DNA of 64,000 bases, taken from assembly GCA_002269645.1 (NCBI GenBank), contig NIVC01001665.1, forward strand, positions 190,095 through 254,094, given 5' to 3'. Of the stretch, positions 23,354-37,852 are shown one piece after another; the first letter of the stretch is position 1; each line of letters begins with the position of its first letter. The position numbers were made by a program, and so were the translations under genes. This DNA comes from Macrostomum lignano (lineage: Eukaryota). The notes beneath the pieces are model-generated. The model was not told the origin of the DNA. It was given only the letters and a program-made list of their open reading frames with translations, and made no database searches.

Positions 23354-25900
23354 CTGGACAATTCGGTCTTTGGTGATCATAGACTTTGCTAGGCCTTGCT
23401 CTCCCACGGTGTGGTCAGGCGGGCCCTGCTGAGTCGGAGATTTAGGGAAGAAACTATTGAGCATGAGCTCTAGAGTCTCTTCAGAGCTCTCTGTGACCGA
23501 GCCATCAGGTCTCTTCACAACAGAGAGTTTAGAAAAACAGTCGTTCGTGAGTGCCTTTATCACGTGGGCTACGGGGTGAGAGCCCTCAAGCCCTTCGCAA
23601 TATTGGCGCCACTTGGCCGTCTTGGCCCTTCTGACTTGGCCCTTAAACTCGTGGATCGCACGGGTATAGGCCTCTCTATCAGATGGGTCTTTGGTTTTGA
23701 GCGCTCGCCTTTGGAGGGTCCTGGCTCGGCGCCGAAGGGCGCCGAGCTCTGGATTCCACCAGGGAGCAGATTTCTTGCCTTTGTAGGCCTTTAGAGGGCA
23801 GGCTGCTTCAAAGGCAGTGGTGATCGCCCCGCCCAAGGAGGAGGCGAGATCATCCACAACCCGGCAGTCCGAGAGGTCACTGGGGAGGTCAAGATCCCGA
23901 AGGCCGTGGCTCAGCTTCGAGCCAAAGACGGCCCAATCGGTATTCCTGACGTTCCGACTCCAAGTGACCTTAGGCTTTTGCTTGGTCGGACGAGAGCGAG
24001 TCCTCGTCCCACACTTGCCAGCCCGTAACTGTGGACAGAAGTCCGGGTGAGGCGATGGTGGTGTCGATGACTTCGGCCCACCGCCCATTATTGAACGTTG
24101 GTGCATTGCCCACGTTACAGAAATTGAGGTTTGTGCTGCTGACATAGGCCAGCAGCTCCTCGCCTCTGTTGTTGGTGTTCTTGCTGCCCCAATGCAGGTG
24201 GTGCGCGTTCACATCCCCTGCAATGAGCAGCTCGAACTGGCGGGACGCGGCGTAGTCAATAAGGTTGGCTAGCGCGTCGCAGACTACTGGGGCATCGCCT
24301 GGGAAATAGGGAGATGCTGCCAGAACAGGTTTATTGGGAATGAGGTTATTGATTTGAACAACACAGATGTCCCCGGTGTTAGGCTTTCTGTTCTCCGGGG
24401 TCTTAATTTATCCGGGGGACATCGCAAAGCAAAATTATTGTCGCTTTGCGATAACCTACCCTGGATAATCCAAGGCACAACAAAATCGGGCTTTGAAATA
24501 TCCTGGGTCCTCTGTCTCCGCAGACTGACCCCTCTCTTTCAACCTACAGTCGGATGTCCCAAGACAACTTCCCCTTCTTGTGATCTCCGGGCCGGATAGC
24601 AGAGTCAGTGCCGTAGGATGTCCGGGAGAGACATCCCAAAGTGCCCGGACAATGCAAAGCAGCTCAAGATATCCGGGAAGGAGAAAACAAAGCAGGTTTT
24701 TTGCTTGGCAGTATCCGGGCGGATATCGTAAGTGCGTTCGGATATCCGGGCCAGACAAAAAAACCTCGGATAGTCTAAAGTGTAACACCGGTCGAGAGAT
24801 CAGGTCTCATCCATGCCTCAAAAGTTTTAGCAACAAAGACCAGAGATCTTGGGCGAGGCTGAGAGTCCGCCATGCAAAAGCAGTGGTAGCCAGATGGCAC
24901 ATTATTTGGCTTACCTTTATTCATCCAGGGCTCTTGCACGAAGACCAGGCCTGGAAGCTGTTTCTCTGTCGTGCGCATCAGGTTGACTGACGCCGCCACG
25001 CAGTGATGGGTGTTGATCTGCAGACACCAGGTAGCCGCTGGCATCAGTGCAGATCGGGTGTTGCAGCCGCCAGGAGTTCCTCCTCCTCCTCGGCGCTCAC
25101 CAGCTTCGGGTCGGGGTCACCGGTGTCCATGGGCTCCTCGTCAGCAAAAGGCCCCCGATTGGTCGGAAGGCAATAGGCAGCGTTTGCCGCCCTTCGCCCA
25201 CAGGCCATGGGGTTCTCCGCTTCAGACTGGCCCAATGCCCTGGAGCTGCCAGCCGCCTGGGCAGGCGGGTCCGTCTCCAGTCGGCCCTGCCCCAAGGGGT
25301 TGGGCCCAGCTGGGACGTCCCCACCCTCCCTGGACGAACCGGTGCGCCTGGGCGTCCCGGCGACCTCTCGCCTCAGCTGGGTGATTTTGGCGGTGCGGAC
25401 GGCCTCAGCTGCTCGCTGGTACAGGCCGCGCCGCCTGGTGCTGCGCGCCGGGCGTCAGTCGCCTCCGCCCTCAGCAGCGCGCTCAGCTTTGCCCGCGCGG
25501 CCGTGCTGCCAGGCGGGGCGGTTTGCTTTGGCAGCCTTGACAGAAGCTCCCGCTTCGGCCCCAGCCGCCTCCGCATCCCGCCCGCCCTGCTCACCGCCAC
25601 CGGGAGGGTCAGCCTCTGACCCTTTTCAATCTCTCTGCATCGCAGCTCTTCGCTTTGTCTACCGGCTTCTCAAGTCTTCGCTTCAAGTCTCAACTCGGGT
25701 TGTCGGCCTCGTCTCCGGAGTCGGTGTCAGCAGTTTACCTCGACGGTGTCTCTCACTCGATTTCTCCACTCGATTTCCATCATTTTCACTAGTCCATCTC
25801 CAGTCTCATTCGTTATCTTTATCAACTCATCGATTCTCATTTTATTCCCGCATTCAGCTTTGTCATGGTCAAGCTATGTGGTCTATCCTAAAAAAGTAAT
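23354..25900 (-). mobile_element. Non-LTR retrotransposon (LOA/Lian/R1-like): ORF1 region and APE endonuclease half of ORF2, truncated before RT
   Basis: APE motifs LQINTHH, VFVQEPW, GDVNAHH..WGS..TNNRGEELL and VIDTT, followed by the linker RNVRNTDW...APWWNPEL...W+QYC. Interrupted by a solo LTR and a frameshift. Confidence 0.9.
24377..24787. mobile_element. Solo LTR (411 bp) inserted in the LINE endonuclease
   Basis: TGTTA...TAACA termini with a 4-bp CCGG target-site duplication (24373-24376, 24788-24791). Removing it restores the frame L-S-T-G-D-I-C-V-V-Q. Confidence 0.88.
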
Positions 25901-26329
25901 TTTCAGGATGTTTAAACAATCATAAAATAAAAGAAATCATATTTGAAAGTTGCTCATCTTAGTACGCTTCACAATCCATTGGTCGCACCTGTTTGGGCGA
26001 CTGCGCAAATTTATTGAAATTCTTTGTGAAAATGAAAGCAAATTGTTCAGCATTGTACATATTGAAATATTTTTATCATGTTATTGTCCGCTGTATATTA
26101 ATAAACATACCAAAAGCAACTATTTAAGTAACATAGTGTATGCATGATTTTATATTGAAATGCAAAAAAAAATATTGAAAAAAAAATCTGCCTCGTATTT
26201 TTCTTTAGATGTCTTCCTATAGTAGAGCAGCAATGATAGAAAGTTTATATTGCCTCGTATAGTGTTTCTGCGCCACATCGTACAGCTGACTGCTGCTAAT
26301 TGGGTGCTCATTTCACACAGACCACACTG

Positions 26330-26880
26330 GTCATACTTACTTTATACTTACTACTGACGGGTCGCAACCCCAAGGTAAAAGCGACCAAGGATTATTCCTG
26401 GGGGTGCGCCCAGCCCCCGCCAAGTAGTCGGCAGGTTCGCAGTGGAGGCATCGGCGACCCTCATCCAGCCGGTAATCCCGGACGAAGGCGCGAAGGTCAC
26501 GGATGTTGTCCGGGATAGTCAGCTCATCCATCCACTGGGGGTGGCTGAGAGGGATTGGACACTGCGGTGGCATTGGGATACTATAGCAGCTTTTCTCGGT
26601 GGTTAAGGCCTTGATAGCGGCTTGGCTATCAGTGTAAAAGTGAATATTGAAATTTTTTACTGTTCGCCTGGAGCAGGTGCTGGGCGCACTGCTCAATGGC
26701 GCAAATTTCGGCTTGGAAAACAGAGGTGTTCTCACCGAGGTGCAGACTTTCCTGGAAGAAGATCTTACCCTCGTGAAAGATGGCGATACACGCACCAGCG
26801 CGGCCGTTAAACAGCGCTGGACGATGCAAACCAGGTCGGAGGCCGCCGCAGGCGCAGTCGGTCTTGATGTGGGCAGACAG
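26330..26880 (-). mobile_element. 3' fragment of a non-LTR retrotransposon with RNase H domain and 3' tail
   Basis: GRAGAC...[18 protein letters not shown] and [13 protein letters not shown], split by a frameshift; ends in GTAGTAAGTATAAAGTAAG. Confidence 0.82.
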
Positions 26881-27959
26881 CTAGTCTGCTGAGTCAGATT
26901 TAACTTCTAACTCGGACTCCGACTGGCATCCGCCCCAGGGTTTTTTAATTGAAGCACCAGGTGCCAGGAAAAGGTCTCGAGAAGACAGTGACATTGACAG
27001 TGAATGATAATGATAGAATGATCGAATTGCAGCCGTTTGTTGTCATCTTTTTTCTTTATTAACTGGTATTTCCAAGGCTGTCAGAAGATTATCATTGACT
27101 GATTCTAAATGAGTCAGCGGTATGAAAGTATACAGCTGCTGTAAAACTACAGCACAGTACTAGAAGAGCAACGAGAATGAGCCACACAAACTAAAAGTCA
27201 GCTAAAGCATTCTCATTGTGACACCTATTGGCCAAAAATTATCTAGCTCCATCTATACTCTATGTGAAGAGTTAGAAATCAACCTTTGAAATCGGCCTCC
27301 AAAAGTTTTTCCACGAATCACGAGTGTATAGCGCCCTGATACATGCTCCTAATCCTTGTTTTCTGAATGTTTTTGTTAATTCACTCATATTTTAGATGCG
27401 ATAATAAGAAAAATATTATTTAGCATTTTTATTTGAGGAGTAACTGCATGCTTAACTCCAGACCAGCACACAGTTTTTGTATTTTTCCAAGAAATATTTA
27501 AGCACTTGCTTTTTTGGCGGGTTCCTTAAAATTAGAAAAGGACTGGTAACGGAAGTACCAGAAGTTACTTTTCCTAAAACTCATTTCGAAAAAATCGAGT
27601 GTATTGCGTCATATTTTAGCCGTCCATGGCTCGGTAATAACCATCACGCGGAACCGAGCCACTTAAGTGAAAGAAAAATGAAAACTGTATTAATGTATTA
27701 ATATACGAGTACATTAATTATAACCAAGTAAAGTACTGTATGAAATTATGATGGGTTTCGACCTTCCGGCCCCCTTGTGGGGAAGCCTAGGGCCTCAGGT
27801 CTCAGAAATAAATCAATTAGAGTCCTGACCCCCCACTCCTGTCAGATGGTCAGCCCCATGGTAGCTTGATCGTGTGGCGAGCAGTCTAGGTCCTATAGCT
27901 AAGAGAGGGACAGCGAGAGACAAGCAGGGAGAATTTTGAAGGTAGAGATTAGTTAACCC

Positions 27960-29160
27960 GCAGGTTAGCTAACTCGCTGCCACCAGCCCGTACGTCCTGG
28001 CTCACCACACCGGGACTCTCGAAATCGGGCTTCCGACTAGAAGGGGCTTTGCACTTACCTGCCAACTAGATCGCATTGGCCATGCAGGTACAGAGGGGAC
28101 TTGTGCAGGGGATTCTTGCAGTGGCGAGACTATGGGGTAGCTACATGTACTATTACATTGCTAAATACGAGGAATTGTACTTTTGGCCTTCAACGCGCCA
28201 ACTAGCCACTCGTAGCGCTGATGATAGACTAACTCGAACTTCAGAGACCGCCTGATTCATTACCCGAGCCGCTTGGCTAACCTAGAGTGCACAAAGTACA
28301 TCTCTGGCGCCGATTTTGCACTATTGGCAATTTTGCTCACTGATTTGATAGATTGATCGACTGAGAACTGCCTTGCCATTGGTCCACTGTGACCGGCGCC
28401 TAACTAGCTTAGCTATTCATCTGAGCCATCGGCGAACAAGGAAATAAAACCGATAAAAATAACTGTCAGATTTAACCTTCTCCTTAGATCACTTCACTCT
28501 TCAGATCGAATTGGAGTTTCAGACTACTAGCAGTATTATTGAATGATTTCTGCCTCAGTAACAGCACTACTGAACAAAATGAGCAAAAGTGTGCGCCTAA
28601 TTCAGCTACTGAAACAGGGGACATATAGGGAATCACCCAATCAAGCAAGTCTAGGTAGCCTCTCACCCAACCAATCAGAAACTCAACAGCCGGAGACCAG
28701 GTAATCCACAGTGACCGAATCGGCTTGATGCTCTGTAGCTGCAGACTCGGGATGATGCTGACACAATCTTCGCTGATAGCTAGCAGGTGATGATCTTCGC
28801 TTGATGTTCGCTGCTGACGACCGGGGGATTCGTCCTTGATGATGATGGGGGGAAGTCGCAATCCGGGGATCAAGAAACGACGGTCGCGCTCCGGGAACCA
28901 GAAGTTGCGTGCTGGACCCGAGCACAAGTTAGTCCGAGCGGGCCAAAAACTCCGGTTTAAATAGCCGCCAACTGGACCGCAGTTTGTTATAATGGAACAC
29001 GTCGATTCTGATTGGCTGAGCCGTTTTGTTAAAATGAGCGCCGAATTTTCTGATTGGCTAAGCTTGTTGCTACCCAGAATCACGTGACCGAGAGATCCTA
29101 TCAGTTCCCACAGGGTCGTAAAAAGATGACAGGTGCGGCCATAAATCACTCAAAATCGCG
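27960..29160 (-). other. Duplicated ~1.2-kb non-coding element with promoter-like head (copy 1)
   Basis: Colinear similarity to 34000-35470. The minus strand has two CCAAT boxes, a TCACGTGA site, a TATA-like CTATTTAAA and a GCAG|GTAAGT donor-like site. Confidence 0.65.
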
Positions 29161-29426
29161 ACAAAATGATTTATGACTTTTCGCGTAGGATTGACAGAAA
29201 TAAATGAAAAAATATACATTAGAAAGCTCTTATTAAATAGAAAGTGAAGATAATGAAGAGAAATCGCTAATCGCTAATCCCAAAGTACTTTTAGGGGTAA
29301 AACGCATAGCTGTCAAAGCTGTCACACGCTTGAGTGAACCCGAACAATAGGCTCTGACCTCATAAACCATGGCCTGTCAAAAATGATGAGAAAAAAGCTA
29401 CTATTCGCATCCCCTCAGACCATCTG

Positions 29427-30334
29427 GCGCCAGCCTCAACACTGAGTGAGGCGCAGGTGGCTGTCAGACCAGCTTCGAAAGCGATGATTTATGACCCAAA
29501 AAGCTGCGCCTATGTTATTATGACTACTATAGTATGACCAAACCATATATCTAGTATAAATTCTATGTTACTTCGCAGAAAAAGAATGTTGTAGGGGTGT
29601 TTATTTATAGTTTTAATCTCACTGTTTGTCACCAAATTTGTTGCAGGGGTCGGGGGTTACTGGGGATTTTCGGGAGTTTCTTAGGATTTGGGGAGGAAAA
29701 TGCAATTTCTACTACTAACAGGAGTAAGCCTTAGGTTGCTCCTGGTGGCGTGGTGTGTCCGAGCGGCAAGACACTATCTATATTAACTTAAACTAATCCG
29801 AGGGAGGGCTACGCGATGGATCGGAGTTGCCTGAGAAACGGGGCGCACTATAGGGGAATTTTAATAGCTAATAGGGAATGCTGACATGGAAAGGATGCGC
29901 TTTAATAGGGAATTAGATAAGGGCAAGGCGCCTAATGGTTGCCTAATAGTTGAAAGCTAAATGGTTAGAGAATGCCTAATGGGATAGGGAGCCAGAGTAA
30001 ATGATGTTAAGGGAAGGGTCTGTAGATAGGCAAAGGCCTGAGCAGACAGTGCGTCTGGATGGGGAGTTGGCAGATCGCCAGGTTAAATCAGAGATCTGGG
30101 GGGAAAGGGAGGCAACACGCCTGTCCAACTGATAAAGGAAAAGGGGGGTGCTAGAATTATTACTCTTCTAATTTAATCAAAATTAGATCGGCGAATACTG
30201 ATTAAATATTAATCAATATTTAATTTCGGGGAAATTAAATTTCCCCGTGAGACATTTCCCCGTAAATTTCCCCGTGAGTGAGAAATTTCCCCGGTAGACA
30301 GCCACCTGCGCCTCACCCAGTGTTGAGGCTGGCG
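29427..30334. mobile_element. Putative non-autonomous element bounded by 38-bp inverted repeats
   Basis: CGCCAGCCTCAACACTGAGTGAGGCGCAGGTGGCTGTC at 29427 and its reverse complement (1 mismatch) at 30297-30334, with subterminal TTTCCCCG repeats. No clear TSD. Confidence 0.6.
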
Positions 30335-30339
30335 TATTA

Positions 30340-30524
30340 TTCAGCTATAAGCGTACAGCCTTTCTCCCTCTCCCCCAGTGAACTCTCCCGAATATAAATT
30401 AAATATTCGGGGAATATTTAATTTCCCCGAAATTCCCCGAAATTAAAATTTCCCCGAATATTTAATTTCTATTCGGGAGAGTTCACTGGGGGAGAGGGAG
30501 AAAGGCTGTACGCTTATAGCTGAA
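30340..30524. mobile_element. MITE/foldback, 185 bp, with perfect 55-bp inverted arms
   Basis: TTCAGCTATAAGCGTACAGCC...CCCGAATA and its exact reverse complement, with internal TTCCCCG repeats. Confidence 0.8.
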
Positions 30525-31223
30525 CAAGACCTTTAGGGGACAGAGAATTCCTTTGAAGGAATGACACAGAGTCAGATCTATTTTTAGAACAACTGTTCAT
30601 TTATGACCAATTTGGCAAACGCCAGGCAGGAAAGGCCTGATACAGAAGTTGGCTCTCTTACCGATTTATTTGCTCGTATTTATACTATTTTTAGCGAAGA
30701 TGGCGGATCAATTTCAACAAATTTATACTATATGATAAGTATTATAAGCAGATCATGGCAAAATACATTACTAAGATAGCTTGAATAAACAAAAAGAAAA
30801 AGGATTGTCTAGCTAAAAAGAGAACCTATAATTTGAATAACGAGTTTAACGAGTACTGTAACTATATTTAAGGCAAGGCAACGATTACTGCTACATCAAG
30901 AATAAAAAATGCCCCTAGCCTACTGTTAGTAAGCAAGTAAGTTTAGAGCTCATGTGCTAGCGCGGGATTTAAAAAAAAAGGGCGTCCTAATTTTAGCCGT
31001 CCATGGCTCGCCAATAACAACTACGCGAAACCGAGCCACTGAAGTGAAAGAATAATGGAAACTGTCGATTACTATACATTAATTATAATCAAGTATAAAA
31101 AATTACTGTATGAAATTAACAAATTTTAGTTGGTAGTAGGAAAAAATTTAATTCACCAGTTCACGAAAATCAGCTGTCGTATTAAAAGCTATAACTTTCG
31201 ATTTCGCTCGATCAGCACGTCTC

Positions 31224-32431
31224 TCAGCTGCTGATGAAACCGTTCAGCCGCAAGAATGCGCAGATTTTATTAACACCGTGGATGCAATTGTCCGAAAGCA
31301 AACGGTATTTAGAGCCGCAAATATAGAATAGTTGTCTTAGCGTCACTCCGAAACTGAACCAGCTGAACATGCTGGCCTTTAACTCGCGAATCAGTTCCCA
31401 GCCGTACATATCGGATTTTTTTATTTTAACCAAGCGACACTCGCCCTTGCGATAGCACTCTCTGGACGTGCCGATTGCCTTATCGCTTTCTACCCCTGTG
31501 TAATTATATTATGCGGCGTAGTCATGGGGTGAATGTTGCATGGGGGCAGTTGCCCCCCCCCCAAAAAAAAGAGGCTGGCAGAAATTATGGCACCCCCTTG
31601 CCCCGTTGCCCCCTTACTTGGCGCCCTCAATCACAACAGGTGCACAGCATCTCTGTTCCTGCCGTCATTTAGACTATATGTGCACAATATAGTTGGTAAG
31701 GAACTGTATGAATAAAACTAGTCTATTATCACGAACCCGAATCCTAAATCACTGACCTTTTTAAAAAAGAACGAGAAAAACTGTAACAATGACAGCCTCA
31801 CCTTTCTCGATCAGGTAGAGCTCTCCACTCGTAGTCTTGGCTACCGCGGCTTGGTGCCCGGGCCCGAAGCCGCTTGAAAAGAGCGAACTACCGCCGGAGG
31901 CACTATCAAGTGGCCGTTTGTAAACTTTTACAGACTCTACTTGAGCGTCAAGATCGACGTCTCTAGTTTGAGTCTGAATTGGCCATAAGCCTTGAATGGC
32001 TCGGCTTTGAATGTCATAGTCAACTGAATCAGATGATGCATCAGATTGAAACTTCCTCTGCCTGCTGATCCCCATGACTTCGTGGCCTCCTGAAACAGTT
32101 GTGAGGATAAAAGTTTTGAAATATATCAGCACGCAGTTTCTGAAGGACAGAATTAAGATTATATCTAGCTAATTGGCTAACAAATTAGGGCCAACTCCGA
32201 AGGCACAGAGTGAATATATTTACCGATTAGAGAAAGTCAAGGTCGCTATACAACTCTTTGCGGCTTTTACTGACTGGTTTAAACTGACCATATACAAAAT
32301 AGCGAGTTTGCCAGCGAAGCCTTACCAAATCCGTTGGGTCGGAATTCACCAACAGCCTCAAACATTTGGCCTCTCATGGTGCCATTCGAACATTCGAGCG
32401 TCATTGCGCTACAATAGAAGCCACCGCTCAT
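31224..32431 (-). CDS. Small His...Asn-Cys protein, putative permuted papain-like (LRAT/PPPDE-like) enzyme, paralogue A. Exons 32431-32326, 32089-31802, 31495-31224; 221 aa
   Basis: The three exons splice in phase 1/1 to a 666-nt ORF. Motifs: VKVYKRPL, GHQAAVAKTTSGELYLIEKG, YRLLSDNCIH. Exon structure is the same as paralogue B. Confidence 0.75.
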
Positions 32432-33079
32432 TGTGACTGCAAAAATTTAATTAACGTTTCGTTCCAGTTGTCGGTTCTTTTCTGGAAGGTTTTCTGAATA
32501 TGGATGCTTAATGAATGATTGCCTTATTGCATACATATAGTGTGCATGTGATATATGGCTTGAGTCGAGTAATACGGTACTGTATAGATACGTACGTACG
32601 TGTATTCAACCAAAGGCCGCGCTACGAGCTTTATATTGTACTCACTATTATAGGTTGCATTATATTTCTCTGTAAGTTCTACTTTTCTCGTTTTGAGACT
32701 CAGACAGACAGACAGATAGACAGACAGACAGCTGTATGCAAAGAAGTAGACTGTAAGAAAAGCAGACAAATGGGAGCTACGAGTGCAGCGAAGTTCCACT
32801 TTGATTGAGTACAATTTAGCTATCTTACTGGCTATTTTTGAGTTGTTCAGGTGTGTGCGAGTCATGCACTCGTAGTTGGTTGGCTGGCAGTTTCTCTGTG
32901 CAGCTGTTCCTGCTGATCATCCGTGTGTACAATTTAAGTAGGCATAATAAAGTTACATACTTGTTACCTGTATATGTCTGTACAATCGTATAACTCCTAT
33001 GACCAATATGCTTTTTTCCATTTTATTTATTGTTTTAGCTAAAGTATTTCGACTGCGATTTAATTTAGAGAGCAGACAA

Positions 33080-33997
<918 letters not shown>

Positions 33998-33999
33998 GA

Positions 34000-35470
34000 T
34001 TAACTAACCCGCTGCCACCAGCCCGTGCGTCCTGGCTCACCAAACCGTAGCTTTCGAAATCGGACTCCCGACTAGAAGGGGCTTTGCACTTACCTGCCAA
34101 CTAGTGTCATTTTTCTGTCAATCTCGAAGTCATAGCCGATGTTAAGGGACACTGCTGGGACTTGATCGCATTGGCCATGCAGGGACAGAGGGGACTTGTG
34201 CAGGGGATTCTTGAAGTGGCGATACTATGGGGTAGCTGCATGTACTATTACATTGCTAAATAATAAAGATTCTACTTCTAGCCTTCAACGTGCTAACCAG
34301 CCTCTCGTAGCGCTGGTGATAGACTAACTCGAACTTCAGAGACCGCATGATTCATTACCCGAGCCGCTTGGCGAATCCAGAGTGCACAAAGTACATCTCT
34401 AGCGCCAATTTTGAACTATTGGCAATTTTGCTAATTGATTTGATAGATCGATCGACTGAGAACCGCCTTGCCATTGGTCCACTGTGACTGGCGCCTGCTA
34501 ATTTAGTTCCTCACTTGAGCCATCAGCGAAAAAGTAAAAATCAGATAAAAATAACTGTCAGATTCAACCTCACAAAAACACTTCACACTTCAGATTGAAT
34601 TGAGATAATCAGACTACTAACAGTATTTTTTAATTATTTCTGCCTCAAATACAGCACTGGACTGCTAATCACAATAAGCAAACGTGTGCGCCTAATCCAG
34701 TTCCTGAAATAGGGGATGAATAGGGACGCCTACTATCGTGTGTGTTGGGGGGTTGTTAGCGGCTGCGCCGCGTGACTCTGCCAGCTCAACCCTTTGCGTA
34801 CAAAATCAAATGTGCATGGTGCGACTTTAGCCACCATTCTGACTCAGCTCAATAATTCAATAAATATACTGATCGCTATTATTCTCGCCTGCAAGCTTTC
34901 GGCAACTATCGACTACAACAAGCAGTCTAGCCTCGTTTCACTCACTACAGGGGACAGATAGGGTATCACCTAATTAAGCAAGTCTAGGTAGCCAACCAAC
35001 CAATAAAAAACTCAACAAGTAATCCACAGCGACCAAATCGGCTTAGTGCTTCGCAGCTGTAGGGATGGGATGATGTCATCGCGGTCCTGGCAGGTAGTCA
35101 GTAGATTATGAACTTAACCTCGATGATGTCGACCGGGAAAGACGTCCTTGATGATGAGGGGAGATGTCGCAATCCGGGGATCAAAAAACGACGGTCGAAC
35201 TAACGCAACTCAAGAGAATTGAGGTACCGGAGGCCGGGTTCCCTTCCGAGCGGGAAAAAATCAGTGGTTTCAGTATAGGCGCCAACTGGACCGCAGTTTG
35301 TTAAAATGGAACACCTCGACGCTGATTGGCGGAGCCGATTTGTTAGAACTGACGTCGAATTTTCTGATTGGTGGAGCTAATTGTTACCACAGAGACTCAC
35401 GTGATCAAAAGATCCTTTCAGTTCCCCCGGGTCATAAAGATACGCCAGGTGCTAACATAAATCACTGTTC
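34000..35470 (-). other. Second, diverged copy of the promoter-like non-coding element
   Basis: Shares long blocks with 27960-29160, e.g. CCGACTAGAAGGGGCTTTGCACTTACCTGCCAACTAG and GTCGCAATCCGGGGATCAA. Confidence 0.65.
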
Positions 35471-36456
35471 GACTTTTGCAAATGCTCGCGCTTCTTTGAA
35501 GGCGGCGACAAATACTGGAAGCTCAACATAACTGGAAGCCGATGCACCATATCAATACCTTTAAGATCAGGCAGCATCTTACTGTCCCAATAATCTACAA
35601 AAGCGCAGAGTCGCGTTGAAAGTTTTAGAAAGGCGGCGGCAAACTCAAAAGCTCGATTTCCATGAAGAAATTAACGATTGCTGGAACGATTGGTGACTAC
35701 CTGATGGAGCTGATGGGATTCGATGAGATGGGAGAGGGGAATGAAAGAATAGAGGAAATTAAATAAGAAAAGGGATGGAGAAAATGCAATCGCTACTGGC
35801 AGTAGTAGCTATAGTACAGGGGAAGGAGCTCATGTACCATCACATCAGTAGCTATTAATGCTCATCATAAGAAAATTTATACAAGTTTAAAAGAATCCTA
35901 AAAGCGTCTTTAGGAACCATTGCATGCATAGCAATGACATTTGTGTAGCTGTACATTCCATACGTAAAGAGCTGAAATTGCTTCAAAAAGGACAGACAGA
36001 CGGGAGCGACGATTCCAGTCAGTCAAGCGGCAATTCGCATAAATGTGCACTTGTTATTTTCACTACAAAACCGGTCATGTGACAATGCAGTACCTTTTAT
36101 TGTTTTTTATTCTAAAATAGCGATTACAAACGGTTGCAATATACAAGTAGCTCGGTCGCCGGCGAAGTTCTAAACTGAGATATAAAACATTAACTTTATA
36201 TAGTGACGGCATTACAGTAGCTTTCATGGCTTGATATTAACCAATCACAATTAAAGCCGATCTGTGAGGAAACACCTTAAAGTGAAAGAAGAAAAGATAC
36301 TTTTTAATGATCTACAACTATGAATAAACAATCGAAATAGGTGAAATACGGCATATGAGCCTAATGAAATTTTGTTAGTTATTAGTAAAAAACAAAAAGG
36401 TGATTCACGATTTGACGAGGAATCAACTGTCGTATAGCAGAGCTACTTTCACTCGA

Positions 36457-37852
36457 TCAAGACGCATTGATGAAATTGTTCTGTTCCAAGAAGTTGCAGA
36501 TTTTACGAACACCGTCAATACAGTTGTCCCGTAGTAAACTGTAAGCGGAGCCGCATCTATCAAGCAGATGTCTTAGCGTCGCGCTGGAGTTCGGAAATTC
36601 GGCCTTCAGCTTGCGAACCAGCTCCCAGTCGTGGATATCCGATTTTTCTATTTTAACCAAGCGACACTCGCCCTTGCGATAGCACTCCGTGGACTTGCCG
36701 ATGTTACTTTCTCTGCTTACTCCTGGATAAAAAATTAAGAGCATAATTGAGCCGCTAATTATATAAGAAATTAGGAATAAAAATATAAATTGCAAAAGGA
36801 TAATGTAGATCGTTTCTGCAAATCTAATTTTTAAATCTAGTCTAATCTAACCAATAACATTCCCATAGGTGACCACACGATGGCACCTCCCTCAGTGGCG
36901 CCGCCTCAGTGGCCTCCACTGACAAAAATTCTTGGCTACGCTCTTGCAGTTCTTGCTAGCTAAATTATAAAATTTCCCATCATGTAGACTAGCTACGCTC
37001 GTATGTTTGAATCTGGGGATGAGAAATAACTGGCTTAAAATCCTGATCCCGAAAAGAAAGAAAAACTCGAACAATAAAAGTTAATTGCTAGCGTCGGAGC
37101 ATCTTTACCTTTTTCGATCACGTAGCGCTCTCCGCTCGTAGTCTTGGCTACCGCGGCTTTGTGATCGAATCCACAGCAGCTCGAACTACTGCCGCAGAGT
37201 TTGTCAAGTTGCCGTTTGTAAACTTTTACAGACTTTACTTGAGCGTCAAGATAGAGGTCACTGGTTTGAGTCGGAGTTGGCTCAGCTCGACGAGATGGAA
37301 TGGAGCTTTGAATGGCCCGGCCAAAGAAGCCTGGAAATCCATCGTCATCAGAGTCGTCACCGGAATCAGAAGAAGATGCATCAAACTGTAACTGCATCTG
37401 CCTGATCCCCATGACTTTGTGACGACCTGAAACATTTGTAAGGATAAAAGTTTTGAAAAATATCAACACGCGATTACCCAGAGGAACAGAGGAGTGTAGC
37501 TAGCTAAGTAGCTAACACACGAGAACCAATCCCAAAAGCACAAGGTGAATATCTGTATGCCGATGAGAGTTAAGGCCGCTGTACATAATCTGTGAGCAGC
37601 GTGGGTGCTCGTGCTCAAGGGTCAACAGTGCAAGCCATTACATTTAATTTCTGATTTGTGGCGCTTTTACTGACTGGTTTAAACTGTTTAAATTGACTAA
37701 GCACGCAGCAGTTGGAATTTATAGTTTGCCAATGAAATCTTACCAAGTCCGTAGCATCGGAATGCACCAACAGCTGTAAACGCTTCGACTTTCATGATGC
37801 CATTTGAACATTCAAGCTTCATTGCGCTAAAGTATACAAAGCCACCGCTCAT
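36457..37852 (-). CDS. Small His...Asn-Cys protein, paralogue B. Exons 37852-37744, 37426-37109, 36722-36457; 230 aa
   Basis: Splices in phase to a 693-nt ORF. Motifs: VKVYKRQL, DHKAAVAKTTSGERYVIEKG, YSLLRDNCID. Confidence 0.75.

Noticed and set aside
28050-28090. Splice donor of the duplicated element as the missing first PHACTR exon
   Set aside because: The nearby ATGs give phase 0 or hit a stop, whereas the acceptor at 10002 requires phase 1.
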